NCBI RefSeq assembly: GCF_902713615.1
Contig: NC_052175.1
Span: 9,899,271 to 9,963,270 of the forward strand
Direction: 5' to 3'
DNA length: 64,000 bases
Source: Scyliorhinus canicula
Taxonomy: Eukaryota
Shown here in pieces: positions 42,234 through 55,585 of this stretch. Below the pieces are notes generated by a model. It saw only the letters and a program-made list of their open reading frames with translations, was not told the DNA's origin and searched no databases. The position numbers were made by a program, and so were the translations under genes. Positions within the stretch are counted from its first letter, which is position 1. Each line of letters starts with the position of its first letter.

Positions 42234-45200
42234 GTTTTTTCTTTTTTAAAATCAGTTTTAATTCAAATTTTCAACAACTTTTCACCCACAAATCAAAGAA
42301 AACCGGTCACCCCTCCCCCCCCCCCCCAAATACAACAGCAATAAATTAACACAAAGAATGAGCATGAAAGCATGAAACCACACACCCATTCCCCATATCG
42401 AATAAGTAACCCGCCCCCGGTTTGCTGCTCAAGTTGACCACCCCTAATGCTCCGCCAGGAAGTCTAGAAACGGCTGCCATTGACGCAAGAACACTTGCAC
42501 CGACCCCCTTAGGGCAAACTTGACTCTCTCCAGTTTGATGAACCCATCCATGTCGTTGATCCAGGATTCTGCGCTTGGGGAATTCGCATTCTTCCACTGT
42601 AAAAGAATCCTGCACCGGGCTACCAGAGACCCAAAGGCCAGAATCCCGGCCTCTTTCGCCTCCTGCACTCCCGGCTCCGATGCTACCCCGAAAATTGCGA
42701 TCCGCCCAGCCCGGCTCCACCATGGAGCCGACCACCCTAGACAAGGTCACCGCAACGCCCCTCCAAAAGCCCTCCAACGAAGGACACGCCCAGAAAATGT
42801 GGGTGTGGTTTGCAGGACTCCCCGAACACCTGCCACACCTGTCCTCTCCTCCAAAGAACCGGCTCATCCTGGTCCTAGTCATCGGCGCCCTTTGCAGTAC
42901 GTTTAGGTGGATTAAACTGAGCCGTGTGCAAGAGGAGGAGGAGCTCACCCTCCCCAAAACTTCCGCCCAAGTCCCCTTATCGATCTCCTCTCCCAGCTCC
43001 ACCTCCCACTTATCTTTCAGCTCCTGCACCGAGGCCTCCTCCCCCGCCCCCATCACTTGTTAGATTGCCGAGATCCTCCCCTCACCGACCCACGTCCCCG
43101 GAAGCACTCTGTCCTGAACCCCCATTGGCGGCAACAGTGGAAACTCCACCACCTGCCGCCTATCAAACGCCCTAATCCGAATATACCTGAAGGTATTCCC
43201 TGGGGGGGAGACCGAACCTCCCCTGCAACTCCTCTAAGGTCGCAATCTTCCCATCGAGAAAGAGGTCCACCAGCTGCCTGATGCCTGCACTGTGCCAGCT
43301 CAAAAACCCTCCGTTCATCCTCCCTGGTACAAGCCGGTGGTTCCACCGGATCGGGAACTAAACTGAAGCCTCCATTGACCCCAGATTTTGAGGGTAAACA
43401 CCACCACCGGACTCGTAGAATTCGTTGGTGGGGGAGAGCGGCAACGGCGCTGCAAACAGCGCCTCCTGGCTCGTGCACACACAGGACACCGTCTCCAAAC
43501 TCTTCCATGCGGCCCCCTCCCCCCTCCATCACCCACCTACAAAACATTGCCACGTTCGCAGCCCAGTAGTACCCACACAGTTTGGGCAGCGCCAACCCGC
43601 CCACTTCCCTGCCCCGCTGCAAGAATACCCTCCTCATACCCCGGAGTCTTCTGCGCCCACACAAACTCCGTAATACACCTACTGACGTTCCTGAAAAAAG
43701 ACTTCGGAATCATGATGGGTAGACACTGGAAAACGAACAGTGACCACGGGAGCACTGTCATTGTGACCGATTGGACCCTCCCTGCTAGGGAGGGTGGCAA
43801 AACACCACCTCCTAAACTCCTCCTCCATCTGCTACACCAGCTTCGTAAAGTTGAGCCTATGCAGGGCCCGCCATCTCCTGGCTATCTAGACCCCCAGGTA
43901 TCTGAAGCTTCTCTCTGCCCTTTTCAGCGGAAGCTCCCCTATCTCTCTCTCTTCTGGTCCACCGAATGCACTGGTCTGCCACGTACAACAATAAATCGTC
44001 CACGTACAACGACAGCCGATGCCCCCCCCCCCACACTATCCCCCTCCTGTTCCTCCATTCCCTCAGCGCCTTGGCCAGGGGTTCGATCGCCAACGCAAAC
44101 AGCAGGGGAGACAGGACCTGCCTCGTCCCCTGGTACAACCGAACGTTCTCCGACCTCCTCCCATTCGTCACCACACTCGCAACCAGGGCATCATACAACA
44201 GCCTCACCCACCTAATAAATCTCTCACCGAACCCGAACCTCTCCAAAACCTCCCAAAGGTATCTCTACTCCACCATCAAAGGCCTTCTCTGCATCCATTG
44301 ACGCAACTATCTCCGCTTCCCCGTCCAACTCCGGCATCATTATGAAATGAAGAAGCCTCTGCACGTTAATGTTCAACTGCCTCCCTTTCACAAAACCCAT
44401 TTGTTCCTCGTGAATAACCTGCGGCACCACATCCTCCACCCTCCTGGCCAATATCTTGGCCAGCATATTTGCTTCCACATTGAGGAGCGTGATCGGCCTC
44501 TATGATCCACACTTGAGGGGGTCCTTATCCCGCTTCAGAATCAGTGATATCAACGCCCTGGACATCGTCGGGGGCAAAGTCTCACTCCTCCCTCCCCCTC
44601 TCCCTTGTCCAATTCAAGGTCCTCATTAGTAGCGGGCCCAGCAGGTCTAAAAACTTCTTCCAAAATTCCACCGGGAACCCATCGGGCCCCGGAGCGTCTC
44701 CTGACTGCATTCTCACCATCGTATTGACCAGCTCCTCCAGCTCAACTGGCGTCCCCAGACCTTTCACCTGCTCCTCCCCACTCTCGCGAACCCCAGCTTG
44801 TGCAAAAAGCGGTACATTCCTCCCTCTTCCCCTGGTTGCACTGACCGGTATAACTCCTCATGGAAGGTTCTAAGCACTCCATTAATGCCTCTCGCACACA
44901 GCGCCAGCCTCCCTCCACCATCCCTTATTCGCCCTATCTCCTTCGCCGCCTCCCACCTCCGGAGCTGGTGCGCCAGCATCCAACTCGCCTTCTCCCCGCA
45001 TTCGTATAGCGCCCTTTGCGCCCTCCTCCACTGTGCCTCCGCTTTCCTGGTGGTCAATATATCAAACGCATTGTTAAGACAACAACGTTTCCTCAATAGC
45101 CCTTCTTCCAGGACCTCTGCGTACCACCTGTCCACCCTCACCATCTCTTCCACCAACCTCTCCATCTTCCTTTCCTCGCTCCTCTCCCTATGTGCCCTGA

Positions 45201-47548
45201 TGGAGATCAGCTCCCCCCTAAAGACCGTCTTTAGGGCCTCCCTGATTACCCCCACCTGCACCTCCCAATTATCATTCGTTTCTCTATACGCCTCCATGTA
45301 CATCCGGACCCGCCCGCATATCTGCTGGTCCGACAGCAGCCCCACAGCTAACCTCCACGACGGGCGTGGGTCCGTCCCCTCCCCAGCTCTAAATCCACCC
45401 AATGTGTGGCGTGTTCTGAGATGGCTATCACCAAATATTCCGCACCTACCACCCTCTGAATCAGCGATTTGCTATAGACAAAAAAGTCAATACGGCATTA
45501 TGACTTGTGGACATGGGAGAACAAATAACAAGAACAAAGAAAATTACAGAACAGGAACAGGCCCTTCGGCCCTCCCAGCCTGCGCCGATCCTGATCCTTG
45601 ATCTAAACCTGTCTCCTATTTTCCAAGGTCTACTTCCCTCTGTTCCCGCCCTTTCATATACCTGTCCAGATGCCTCTTAAATTATGCTATCATGCCCGCC
45701 TCTACCACCTCTACTGGTAAAGCGTTCCAGGCACCCACCACCCTCTGCGTAAAAAACTTTCCATGCACATCTCCCTTAAACTTTCCCCCTCTCACCTTGA
45801 AATCGTGACCCATTGTAACTGACTCTTGGGAAAAGCTTGTTGCTGTCCACCCTATCCATATACCTGATAATTTTGTAGACCTCAATCAGGTCCCCCCCTC
45901 AACCTCCGTCTTTCCAACGAAAACAATCCTAATCTAATCAACCTTTCTTCATAGCTAGCACCTTCCATACCAGGCAACATCCTGGTGAACCTCCTCTGCA
46001 CCCTCTCGAAAGCATCCACATCCTTCTGATAATGTGGCGACCAGAACTGCATGCAGTATTGCAAATGTGGCCGAACCAAAGTCCTATACAACTGTAACAT
46101 GACCTGCCAACTCTTGTACTCAATACCCCGTCCGATGAAGGAAAGCATGCTGTATGCCTTCTTGACCACTCTATCAACCTGCGTTGCCACCTTCAGGACA
46201 CAGTGGACCTGAACTCTCAGATCTCTCTGTACATCAATTTTCCCCAGGTCCCTTCCATTGACCAAATAGTCCGCTCTTGAATTTGATCTTCCAAAATGCA
46301 TCGGCCTCAGAAACCTCCAAGGATCCACCCCTCCCATCTGGTCCATGAACCCCCTCAGCACTATGGCCGCCGCCGGCCTCTTACCCGACCTGGACCTCGA
46401 GCGATCCAGTGCTGGTCCAGCACTGTATTGAAATCTCCTCCCATTATCAAACCCCCCGTCTCAAGGTCTGTGATCCGGCCCAGCAAACGCCGCATAAAGC
46501 CTGCATCATCCCAATTTTGGGCGTACACATTAACCAGCACCACCCACTCCCCAGGAGTCTACCGCTCACCATCAGATATCTGCCACAGCTATCCACCAGC
46601 ACACTCGATGCCACAAATGACATACTCTTCCCCACCAAAATCGCCACCCCTCCGGTTCCTCGCATCCAACCCCGAATGGAACACTTGCCCAACCCACCTC
46701 TTTCTCAACCTTACCTGATCTGCCAACAGAAGGTGAGTCTCCTGGAGCATAGCCCCATCGGCCGCCAGCCCCTTCAAGTGTGCAAACACCCGGGCCAGCT
46801 TGAATGGCCCAGTCAGCCCCCTTACATTCCATGTGACCTGCCGAATCGGGGGGGGGGGGCTATTCACCCTCCCTCTCCGCCGGACAGGCATAACTCTTCC
46901 GCGGCCAACCACGTACCCGCAGTCCCCGCCCGTTCCTCACAGTGGCAGATCCTCGTCTCGACCCCTTGTAATACCATCAGCTCCTTTGCGGCCGTTCCAG
47001 CAGCAAGCCGGTACCCCTCCCTACTCCTCCCCCAGCACCCACCTCTCCCCCTAGCTAGGCCCCCCACGAGCTGCGTTACCCCTCGAATTGTGCTTCAGTA
47101 ATTCAGCTGACTCCTGCTGACCCCGGCTGCTCCCGCTACCCCCCAACGACACCCCCCCCCCATTTTAAGCAACCACCCTTTCCCCGACCGACAAATTCCA
47201 CTCCCATTCCGACTCCAGCGCGGGAAAAAACCCGCGCCTCCAGCTTAAGCCCCGCCCCTCGACGCAAAACGTGGGAAGAGAAGGCCCGCGCTATAACGAG
47301 TCTACAAAACATCCCCCAGGCCTTCCCACACGAAAATAAAAACAAAACCAACACAAAAGTGCAAGGGGGAACAGAGCCTCCGAACACTGTTAGTCAGTCC
47401 CAACTCCCCCCCCCCCCTCCCGCCCCCTCAATCCCCAGTCCGTGTCCAGCTTCTCTGCCTGGACAAAGGGCCAGGCCTCTTCCGGGGATTCAAAGTAGTA
47501 CTGGCGGTCTTTATAAGTGACCCAGAGGCGCGCCGGTTGTAACAGGTC
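42234..47548 (-). mobile_element. Decayed L1-clade LINE (ORF1 C-terminus, ORF2, A-rich end), 5'-truncated
   Basis: ORF1 end PARLWVTYKDRQYYFESPEEA; EN WNVRGL..MLQETHL; RT AKILARR..MGFVKGR..DAEKAFD; C-terminal CGRC..HIFWAC knuckle; T-rich plus strand at about 42234-42275. Confidence 0.9.
45520..46297 (-). mobile_element. CR1 3' fragment inserted in the L1
   Basis: RPHLQYCMQFWSPHYQKD, FSLERRRLRG; tail GGCTGGGAGGGCCGAAGGGCCTGTTCCTGTTCTGT. Confidence 0.9.
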
Positions 47549-47844
47549 GGACATATGACCAGGTATAGGAAGTGTATAGGGATGACCTATGGGAATCGTG
47601 CATTCATTACTGTTGCCTTATTTGGTCAGAAATGTGACACTTGATGCAATTCGAATCTGTATGAAATTAAATGCCTTGTTTCTTTGTTCTCACTCGGTCT
47701 GGAAGATATAGGAGACAATGTTGTGTCCTGTCCCTTAATAGAGTGAGTCCCACTTGCAATTTGGTTAAAATAAATAACAATTGTTACCTCCAAATCCATC
47801 TCGAATTTTATTGAGACCAGACTGACGGGAAAAGAGCTAAATAT

Positions 47845-50800
47845 TGTCTCATGCAGACGATGCGACAATGGATGAACGGATATCGCGCGACTATCATCAG
47901 GCAGGAATGTTCCTTCCAGTCGGGGAACACTTCAGCAGTCAAGGGCATTCAGCATCTGACGTCCGGGTAAGTGTTCTCCAAGGCAGCCTTCAGGACACGC
48001 AACAATGCAAAATCGGCGAGCAGCAACTTATTGCCATGTTACGCACACATGAGTACAGCCTCAACGTGGTCCTTGGATCCATGTCAAATTACATTCATCC
48101 CCCACCATCTAGCTTGGGCTTATGAAATGCTACCAACTGTCTTGCCTTGAGACAATTCACGCCTATTTAACCTGGCGTTATCCCTATCTCTGGCTCTCTA
48201 AAGACTTAAATACCTGCAAATACCAGAACCATTGGGACCGGTTCTGGGGGAGGTGGGACCAGTACAAACCGGACGGTCTGCACTTGGGCAGGACTGGAAC
48301 CGATGCCCTGGGGGGGGGGGGGGGGGGTGTTTTCTAGAGCTGTTGGGGAGGGTTTAAACTAATGTGGAAGGGGGATGGGAACCAATGCTGGAAGTTGGAA
48401 GGTAGTAAAACAGGGACAGAAACAAAAGGAAGTAAGGGGAAAAGTGCAAGGCAGAGAAGACATAGTCAGAAATACATAAGGGCGACAGTACAAGGTACAG
48501 TGACTGAGGGGAGCACAGTGAATAGGCCCAGTAATAACAAAAGGAATAAAACTGGAGATGTTAAGATTCAAAACAGAGGTAAAAAAACTAACATAATTGT
48601 ACTTTACCTGAATGCTTGTAGTATTCGGAATAAAGTAAATGAGTTGGTGGCACAAATCATCGTAAATGACTATGATTTAGTGGCCATTACTGAAACATGG
48701 TTAAAGGATGGTCACGACTGGGAGTTAAATATCCGAGGGTATCAAACTATTCGGAAGGACAGAGTGGATGGTAAGGGAGGTGGTGTTGCTCTGTTATTTA
48801 AGGATGACATCCGGGTTATAGTAAGGGATGACATCCGTGCTATGGAGGATGAAGGTTGAATCCATTTGGGTGGAAATCAGGAATAGTAAGGCGAAAAAGT
48901 CACTGATAGGAGTAGTCTATCGGCCACCAAATAGTAACGAGATGGTGGGGCAGGCAATAAACAAAGAAATAACTGATGCATGTAGAAATGGTACAGCAGT
49001 TATCATGGGGGATTTTAATCTACATGTCGATTGGTTTAACCAGGTCGGTCAAGGGAACCGTGAGGAGGAGTTTTTAGAATGTATCCGCGATAGTTTCCTA
49101 GAACAGTATGTAATGGAACCTACGAGGGAACAAGCGGTCCTAGATCTTGTCCTGTGTAATGAGACAGGATTGATTCATGATCTCATAGTTAGGGATCCTC
49201 TCGGAAGGAGCGATCACAATATGGTGGAATTTAAAATACAGCTGGAGGGTGAGAAAGTAAAATCAAATACTAGTGTTTTGTGTTTAAACAAAGGAGATTA
49301 AAAGGGGATGAGAGAAGAACTAGCTAAGGTAGACTGGGAGCTAAGACTTTATGGTGGAACAGTTGAGGAACAGTGGAGAACCTTCCAAGCGATTTTTCAC
49401 AGTGCTCAGCAAAGGGTTATACCAACAAAAAGGAAGGACGGAAGAAAGAGGGAAAATCGACCGTGGATATCTAAGGAAATAAGGGAGAGTATCAAATTGA
49501 AGGAAAAAGCATATAAAGTGGGAAGAATTGCTGGGAGATTAGAGGACTGGGAAATCTTTAGGGGGCAACAGAAAGCTACTAAAAAAGCTATAAAGAAGAG
49601 TAAGATAGAGTTTGAGAGTAAACTTGCTCAGAATATAAAAACAGACAGTAAAAGTTTTTACAAATATATAAGACAAAAAAGAGTGGCTAAGGTAAATATT
49701 GGTCCTTTAGAGGATGAGAAGGGAGTTTTAATAATGGGAAATGAGGAAATGGCTGAGGAACTGAACAGGTTTTTTGGGTCGATCTTCACAGTGGAAGACA
49801 CAAATAACATGCCAGCGACTGATAGAAATGAGGCTATGACAGGTGAGGACCTTGAGAGGATTGTTATCACTAAGGAGGGAGTGATGGGCAAGCTAATGGG
49901 GCTAAAGGTAGACAAGTCTCCTGGCCCTGATGGAATGCATCCCAGAGTGCTAAAAGAGATGGCTAGGGAAATTGCAGATGCACTAGTGATAATTTACCGA
50001 AATTCACGAGACTCTGGGGTGGTCCCGGTGGATTGGAAATTAGCAAACGTGACGCCACTGTTTAAAACAGGAGGTAGGCAGAAAGCAGGAAATTATAGGC
50101 CAGTGAGTTTAACTTCGGTAATAGGGAAGATGCTGGAATCTATCATCAAGGAAGAAATTGCGAGGCATCTGGATAGAAATGGTCCCATTGGGCAGACGCA
50201 GCATGGGTTCGTTAAAGGCAGGTCATGCCTAACTAATTTAGTGGAATTTTTGAGGACATTACAAGTGCAGGAGATAACGGGGAGCCGATGGATGTGGTAT
50301 ATCTGGATTTCCAGAAATCCTTTGACAAGGTGCCACACAAAAGGTTGCTGCATAAGATAAAGATGCATGGCATTAAGGGTAAAGTAGTAGCATGGATAGA
50401 GGATTGGTTAATTAATAGAAAGCAAAGAGTTGGGATAAATGGGTGTTTCTCTGGTTGGCAATCAGTAGCTAGTGGTGTCTCTCAGGGATCCGTGTTGGGT
50501 CCACAATTGTTCACAATTTACATTGATGACTTGGAGTTGGGGACCAAGGGCAATGTGTCCAAGTTTGCAGATGACACTAAGATGAGTGGTAAAGCGAAAA
50601 GTGCAGAGGATACTGGAAGTCTGCAGAAGGATTTGGATAGGTTAAGTGAATGGGCTCGGGTCTGGCAGATGGAATACAATGTTGACAAATGTGAGGTTAT
50701 CCATTTTGGTAGGAATAACAGCAAACGGGATTATTATTTAAACGATAAAATATTAAAGCATGCCGCTGTACAGAAAGACTTGGGTGTGCTAGTGCATGAG

Positions 50801-51665
50801 TCACAGAAGGTTGGTTTACAAGTGCAACAGGTGATTAAGAAGGCAAATTGAATTTTGTCCTTCATTGCTAGAGGGATGGAGTTTAAGACTAGGGAGGTTA
50901 TGTTGCAATTGTATAAGGTATTAGTGCGGCCACACCTGGAGTATTGTGTTCAGTTTTGTTCTCCTTACTTGAGAAAGGACGTACTGGCGCTGGAGGGTGT
51001 GCAGAGGAGATTCACTAGGTTAATCCCAGAGCTGAAGGGGTTGGATTATGAGGAGAGGTTGAGTAGACTGGGACTGTACTCGTTGGAATTTAGAAGGATG
51101 AGGGAGGATCTTATAGAAACATTTAAAATTATGAAGGGAATAGATAGGATAGATGCGGGCAGGTTGTATCCACTGGCGGGTGACAGCAAAGCTAGGGGGC
51201 ATAGCCTCAAAATAAGGGGAAGTAGATTTAGGACTGAGTTTAGGAGGAACTTCTTAACCCAAAGGGTTGTGAATCTATGGAATTCCTTGCCCAGTGAAGC
51301 AGTTGAGGCTCCTTCATTACATGTTTTTAAGGTAAAGATAGATAGTTTTTTGAAGAATAAAGGGATTAAGGGTTATGGTGTTCGGGCCGGAAAGTGGAGC
51401 CGAGTCCACAAAAGATCAGCCATGATCTAATTGAATGGCGGAGCAGGCTCGAGAGGCCAGATGGCCTACTCCTGCTCCTAGTTCTTATGTTCTTATGTAA
51501 ATGCTCGCGTTCAAAGCATTGTCTTGCATCTTTGATTTTGTCTATGCATCTGTTTTTCGAACCTCCCTCTTCATTCACCTGAGGAAAGAGGAGTGCTTCG
51601 AAAGCTAATTATTTGAAACAAACCTGCTGGACTCTATCCTAGTGCTGTAAGACTTCTTACTACTA
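47845..51665 (+). mobile_element. Penelope-like element 3' end (GIY-YIG C-terminus), split by the CR1 at 48221-51498
   Basis: LPVGEHFSSQGHSASDVRVSVLQG..EQQLIA..RTHEYSLN at 47915-48065; terminal block CACCTGAGGAAAGAGGAGTGCTTCGAAAGCT at about 51575. Confidence 0.75.
48221..51498 (+). mobile_element. CR1 of a separate subfamily (ORF1 end, ORF2, tail), defective
   Basis: WDRFWGRWDQYKPDGLH; junction GGTTTAAACTAATG; ORF2 broken by stops at 49299 and 50849 and by frameshifts; tail (CTTATGTT)n. Confidence 0.95.
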
Positions 51666-52344
51666 CACCCTCTCTCTCTGTAACTCTCTTTTTGTATCTC
51701 ATACTCTCTGTATCTCTCTCTCAGTATACCTCTTTATCGCATTCAATTTCAATCTCAGTCTCAATCAGATCCTCAATCTGAATCTCAGTCTCAATCTATT
51801 TCTCTGTTTCTTGCTCTCTGTATCTTTCCTTCTCTCTGTAGGTCTCTCTTTGTATATCTCACTCTCTTTGACTTCCCTCTGTAGTTCTCTCTCTCTCTAT
51901 CTCACGCTCTCTCTATCTCTCTCTCCATCGCACTCTCACTCTATCTCTCCTTACATCTCTCTCTCACTCACTGTATCTCTCTATCTCTCAATCTGAATCT
52001 CAATCCCATTCTCAATCTCAATTTCTCTCTTACTATCACTGTATCTTTATCTCGCTCTCTATGTTGCTCTCTCTGTAGCTCTTTGGCTGCACCTCTCTCT
52101 GTGTCTTTCTCCGAGTCTCCCTCCCTTTACTTCTCTCTCTCTCAATCTGTGTCTGTCTCGGTCTCTGTCCCTCCCTCTCTCTCTGTCTCTCTCTTTCTGC
52201 ATCTCCATCTTTCCCTGTTTCTCACTCTTTCTCTGCATCTTCATGTGTGTATCTCTTTCTCTGTATCCTTCTATGTGCCTCTCTTCTGCATGTCTCTCTA
52301 TCTCTCTGGATATTCCTCTCTGAATTTCCCTCTTTCCCTCTCAC

Positions 52345-52423
<79 letters not shown>

Positions 52424-55400
52424 ACATCTTTCTCTCTATCTCGCTCTACCCGTCTCCCTCTCTCACTGTACCACTCTATCTAGCTGTCTCAAACTCAATC
52501 TCAACCTCAATCTCAATCTCAACCTCAATCTCAATCTCTCTCTCGCTCTCCCTCTTTCTCTCTCTCCCTGTCTCTCTCTTTCCCTCTCAAATTTCTTCTC
52601 TGTATCTCGCTCGACGTACTGCTCTGTATTTCTCCCTCTCTCTCACTCTCTCTATGTATCTGTATCTCTTTCTGGACCCTCTGTGTGTGTGTCTCTCTCC
52701 CGTTCTCTCTCTCCCCACCTATTTCGCTCTCCCTCTCACACTTTCCAACTCTCTCTCTCCGTTGCACTTTAGCTCTCTCTCTCTCTGTACCTCTCAAAAT
52801 GCTCTCTCAATCACTCTCAATCTCAGTCTTAACCTCAATCTCAACCTCAATCTTTTTCTATCTATCTGTTTCTCCCCCTCTCTCTCTCTCAATCAGTCCC
52901 TCTCTATTTGTCTGAACCTCCATCTCTGTATTTCAATATTGCTATCTCTCTCACTCACTTTACATCTCTCTCTCTGGCTCTCTTTCTCTCTCAGTCTCTC
53001 TCTCTCTCACTACATATCTCTGTCTCTCTTCCTCCCTTTCTCTTCCTTGGCATCTCTCTCTCCGTTGCTCTCTCTCTCTGTTTCTCTCTCTCTCTGTATC
53101 TTTCCATCTCTCCGAAACTCTCTCTTTGTACTGTCTCTTGACCTCCCACTTTATCTCTCTCTCTGACTCTCTATCTCGCAATCTCACTTTACATATCTCT
53201 CTCTCACTTTCTCTGTCTCTCACGTTACATCTCTCTCTCTCGCTCTAACTTTATATCTCTCTAACTCTCGCTCTCTGTCTCTCTCTCTCTATAACTTTCC
53301 ATATCTCTAACTGTCTATCTCTCGCAATCGCAATCTCAATCCCAGACTGAAATTTTCTTTCTCACTGTATCTCTCCCTCTCCCTGTTGCTCTCTCCCTCT
53401 AGCTCTGTCTGCATCTTTCTCTCCGAAACTCTCTCTGTGCCTCTCCCTCTCTCTCTCTCTTTCTCTATCTCTGTCCATCTTCCTGTCTCTCTCTGTCTCT
53501 CTCTTTCTGCATCACTCTCCCTGTATCGCTCTGTCCGTGTCTCCCTCTTTGCACCTCCACCCCCTCTCTCTTTCTGTCTCGCTCTCTCTTGTCGATGTCG
53601 GTCTCAATATCTATCTCTGCCTCTCTCTGTCTCTGCCTCTCTCTCTCTCTCTGTCACTCTCTTTATGCATCTTTTATCTCTCTCTTTCTCTCTCTCAATT
53701 TACATCTCTTTCTCTGTAACTCACCATACTTCTCTCTATTTCCCTCTCTGTCTCTTTCTCTCTCACTTCACATCTCTCTAACTCTCTCTCTCTCCTGTTC
53801 TCCCTCTCTCCATCACTGTACCTCTCTATTTCTCTCAATCTCTATCCCATTCAGAATCTCAATCTCTCTCTCTCCCTCTCTGTTATTCGCTCTGCAGCCC
53901 TCTCTCTCTGTTCCTATCTCTAATCTCTCTCTCAGAGTCTCCCTCGTGGTACCTCTTTCCCCCCTTCTCTCTCTCTCTCGCTTTCTGTTGCTCGCTGTGT
54001 AGCTCTCTCACTGTTTCTCTCTCTTATCTCTCTCTGTGTCCCACTATATTCCTCTCACCCTCGCTCAGTATCTCCCTGTCTCTCTGCCCCTCTTTCTGCA
54101 TCACTCGCTCTGTATTGCTTTCTCCGTGGCTCCCTCTCTTTGCCTCCCTCTCTCTTTCTCTCTGCCAGTGTCAGTCGCTGTCTCTGCCTCTCCCCTCTCT
54201 CTGTCTTTCTATTTCTGCATCTCTCTCTCTCCCTGTATCTCTCTGTGTATATATCTCTCTCATGATCTCGCTCTGTCTCACTCGCATCTCACTCTCTGTG
54301 GACGCCGCTATGTATTTTTCTCTCTCTCTCCCATTTTCTCATAATTTAAATCTCTCTCCCTTTCTCTCTCTGCATTTCTCTCTTTGTATCTCTCTCTGTT
54401 TCGCGTTCCATCTCTCTCTCTCGGCCTCCCTTGCACTTTTTTACTCTCTCTCTATCTCTCTCACTTTACATCTCTTTCTCTCTCACACACTCACTTTACA
54501 TCTCTCTCTGTTTCTGTCTCTCGCTTTACATCTCTTTCTGTTTCTCTCTCTCTGTCACTCACTGTACCTCTCCATCTCGCTCAATCTCAATCCCATTCTC
54601 AATCTCAGTCTCAACCTCTATCTCTCTCTCGCTCTCACTGTATCTCTCTCTCGGTGTTACTGGCTCTCTGTACCTCTCTCTCTCTGTAACTCTATCGCTG
54701 TGTCTCTCTCTTTGAGTCTCCTTTCTATGTATGTTTTACTCTCACTGTCTCTGTCTCTCCCTCTCTTTGTCTACCTCTGTCTTTCTGCATCTCTCTCCGC
54801 GTATCCCTCTATGTATCCCCCCCCCTCTCCCTCTCTCTCTCTCTCTCTCTCTGTCTTCCCTGTCCGTCTGTATATTTGCCTGTCTCAGTCTCTGCCTCTC
54901 ACTCTCGCTCTCTCTTTCTGCATATCTATCTCTCTCTCTCTCTCTGTCTGCCTGTCACTCCCCCTATCTATGTCCCCGTATCTCTCTGTGTATTTCTCTT
55001 TCTCTATCTCCCTCTCTTTCTCTCTCTACATCTCTCTCTCACTCACTTCAAATCTTTCTCTCTCTCTCGCTCATTTTACATATTTCTCGCACTTACATCT
55101 CTCCCTCTCTCTTTGTACCTCTATCTCTCGGAATCGTAATCACAATCTCAGTATCAATCTCAATCTATCTCTCTATTTCTCTGTCTCTCACTGTAGCTCT
55201 CTCTTTGTAACTCTCTCTCACTCTCTCCCACTTTTCATCCCTCTCTTCACTTTATATCTCCCCTCTCTTTCTGTCGCTCTCTCTTCGTTCCTCTCTCTCT
55301 GTGTCTATCTCTTTCTCTCACCCTCAATGCCCCTCGCTATCTCTACCTCTCAATTTCAATCTCAGTCTCAATCAGAACGTCAATCAGATTCTCAATCTCA

Positions 55401-55585
55401 ATCTATCTCTTTCTCTGTTTCTCTCTCTCTCTCTCTGTATCTTTCCCTCTATCATTAGCTCTCTCTTTGTATTTTGATCACTCTTGACCTCCCTCTGTAA
55501 TTCTCTCTCTCACCATCATTCACATTCTCTCTCTGCCTCTCTCTCATACTCGTGTCATGTGAGAGTACCTTTACGAAATGGGTGT